From NCBI GenBank assembly GCA_047495785.1, contig JBLDXI010000019.1, positions 682,001-746,000 of the forward strand: 64,000 nt of DNA, given 5' to 3'. Position 1 is the stretch's first letter. The number at the start of each line of letters is the position of its first letter. The DNA comes from Lepidodermella squamata (taxonomy: Eukaryota; Animalia; Gastrotricha). Positions 62,050 through 64,000 of the stretch are shown here, piece after piece. A program made the translations under genes and the position numbers. Under the pieces are notes generated by a model. The model saw only the letters and a program-made list of their open reading frames with translations. It did no database searches and had not been told where the DNA came from.

Positions 62050-63643
62050 ATGGCCAGAGTTGTTGTCGCGGCTATTATCACTCTTGTTTACTCCGCAACC
62101 ACTCAAGGTGATACAAAAAAAATTGAAATTATTTTAAATTATTTTTATGATCTCTGATTATAAGGCCAAATTTGCGACTCGGGTAATTTTATCGATGGAA
62201 CGCCTTATTTGAACGGAAATGGCCGTTACAGCCCGCTGCTGCAAATTTTCGCCGATTTGCACTTCACGTGCGCTGGCACTCTAACGCAATGGGGCATCGT
62301 TCAACAGGGAAGCGGCGCCGGAACCCCGGTCTATCTCGACGTTTGGCGCCCGTCGCCTGATGGCATTTCTTTCTCCCTAGTCGGGTCGGTTCTCATAACT
62401 TCAAGTGTAACCACATCGGGTGTTCAGACTTTTGCTGTCCCAGCTGCCCAGCAATTTCAAGTTCAAATCGGCGATGTAGTAGGCATGCACTACGACAGCA
62501 CAACAATCCCGACGAACAAGCTGGTTGTTCCGTTCCTGGACCTGGAAAACGCGCCGGCTACAACGTCGACTTTCATCTGGAAGCTGCAACACAGCGATCT
62601 CGCCGGTTTGAACAACGTCGTCAATGGCAACACCGCGGCTGCGGCTAACCAGCTACGTCTACCTGGTCTATTGGCCTATGTTTCGACTACAACAACCCCG
62701 TCACCAACAACTACAGCGCTGACGACGAAAACGCCGGTGATCATCGCGACGTCAGGCGGAGGAGGCGGCGGGGTGGCCACCAAGGCGCCGCCTATCATCT
62801 TCATATCGATTGGTGGGTTTGGTTTGAATTGGCCCGCGGTTAACACACCACCAAGCATAATCTTCACTTCAACAGCTGCCGCGCTGGCTATGGCGTCTGG
62901 TACAATGATGGGGCAAGCGTTTCTCATGGCGGTCGCTAGCATGGTCCTGACTAATTTACCGTAAATTTAATCATTTTTCTCAAATTTTGACTGATTATTC
63001 TAAAACAGAGGCACCGCTGCTCAATCAACAACAATGTCGACCAAAGCTCAGATAAAGGAAGTCTATCAGGCTTTCCAGGATTTGACTGTTGGAGGAACGA
63101 AGGGTGGGATAAAATTACGAGATTTTAAAATGTATTAAGATGGATTTTTTTATTTCAGTTTGGATCATTCTAACCGTGGTTGTCATCGTTGTCAGCGTTA
63201 TCATCATCGTGCTCAGCATTCTCGTATGCGTTGCTTTCAAGCGTCGAAATGCTTATCAGAAGAAAGTGTAAGTGATCCTATAGATTTAATGGATTTTTTC
63301 TCAAAATTTTCCGATTTTCAGCGGCGGTTCCAGCGATGGGCCTTATTACAATTTGCCTAATGGAGTCGGCATTCAAACTGATTTCAACGCGGCTTTTGCT
63401 AAACGTGGCCACAAGGTCGACTCATCGACGATGACGAAAAAGTCGCTGTACCAACCCCCACCACCTATGGCTAAACGCAGCGAAGATTACTACCTACTGA
63501 AGGCGCAGGAACAAGCCCGACGCCCGCCGACACCGCCCCCTGTAGTTGGGACTAACAACACTGGCGGGGTGCCTCAAGTCATTCAAATGCATTTCGGCAG
63601 CGACTTTACGTCGAATGAAAACTCACGCCATCGCCAACATTGA
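62050..63643 (+). CDS. Single-pass type I membrane protein: signal peptide, uncharacterised beta-rich extracellular domain, Thr-rich stalk, TM, Tyr/Pro-rich tail; exons 62050-62107, 62165-62960, 63009-63103, 63159-63267, 63322-63643
   Basis: Four GT-AG introns of 48-57 nt give one open frame: MARVVVAAIITLVYSATTQG...FTCAGTLTQW...DVWRP...VQIGDVVG...TTTTPSPTTT...WIILTVVVIVVSVIIIVLSILVCVAFKRR...GPYYNLP...YQPPPP...PPTPPP. Confidence 0.78.
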
Positions 63644-64000
63644 GTTCGGGTCGCTTTGAGACATTAATTTCAATTCATTTATAACCCTGAATTATATTCT
63701 TTTCTTCTATCATATGACGTATTCTCGAAATATTCACTATCAGTTTTTTAATGCATCCGAGCAATTTCCGGTGTGAAGAAAATGTGTACTTGAGTTGGTT
63801 ATATTCTATGATTCGGCTACTAATTAAGAACCTTGAATTTGTATTTATCTTTCCCCCATCCACTAATTGGCGAAGCTTTGTAATTAAAATTCTTCTGCTA
63901 TAAGTTCAAATAAAAAATTAAGTGGTCTGTAGAAGCGAGTTCGATTCGGTTTTTTTTCTCCAAGAAAAGTATAACGAGCTGATTATTTGCTCGAGCGGCT

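Noticed and set aside
62813-62875. Possible in-frame 63-nt intron in the last gene
   Set aside because: Its translation (AVNTPPSIIFTS) repeats the neighbouring motifs ATKAPPIIFIS and TTKTPVIIATS, so it is more likely coding.
1-64000. Prokaryotic interpretation (operons, defence island, CRISPR array)
   Set aside because: Genes are split by spliceosomal introns and encode animal families (class C GPCR, Cys-loop channel, NEK-like kinase). I saw no repeat-spacer array. TTG/GTG starts in the ORF track are artefacts of the ORF caller.

Overview
This is eukaryotic (animal) genomic DNA from a compact, AT-rich genome with introns of about 45-65 nt. The supplied ORF track therefore fragments most genes, and I rebuilt them from GT/GC-AG splice sites. 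Order along the window: UMP-CMP kinase; a divergent GABA-B-type class C GPCR; an NB-ARC/STAND-ankyrin protein with no N-terminal effector domain; a tandem array of four more class C GPCRs (one frameshifted) with an atypical Cys-loop ion channel gene inside it; a PPxY-bearing type I membrane protein; four NEK-like kinase + ankyrin-repeat genes (one truncated) that all carry SPQ in place of the APE/SPE motif; MITEs and degenerate tRNA genes; an alpha-1,3/4-fucosyltransferase (GT10) and its 5' pseudogene, which marks a tandem-duplication junction; a sixth class C GPCR (frameshifted); a full-length LINE that splits a small membrane-protein gene (7-bp TSD) and is itself interrupted by an antisense retroposon tail; and a single-pass receptor-like gene. 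The best candidate for an undescribed system is the kinase-ankyrin family, whose paralogs differ mainly at ankyrin binding-face positions, together with the nearby effector-less NB-ARC-ANK protein. That these form an innate-recognition locus is inference. No database searches were run; family calls rest on recognised motifs.
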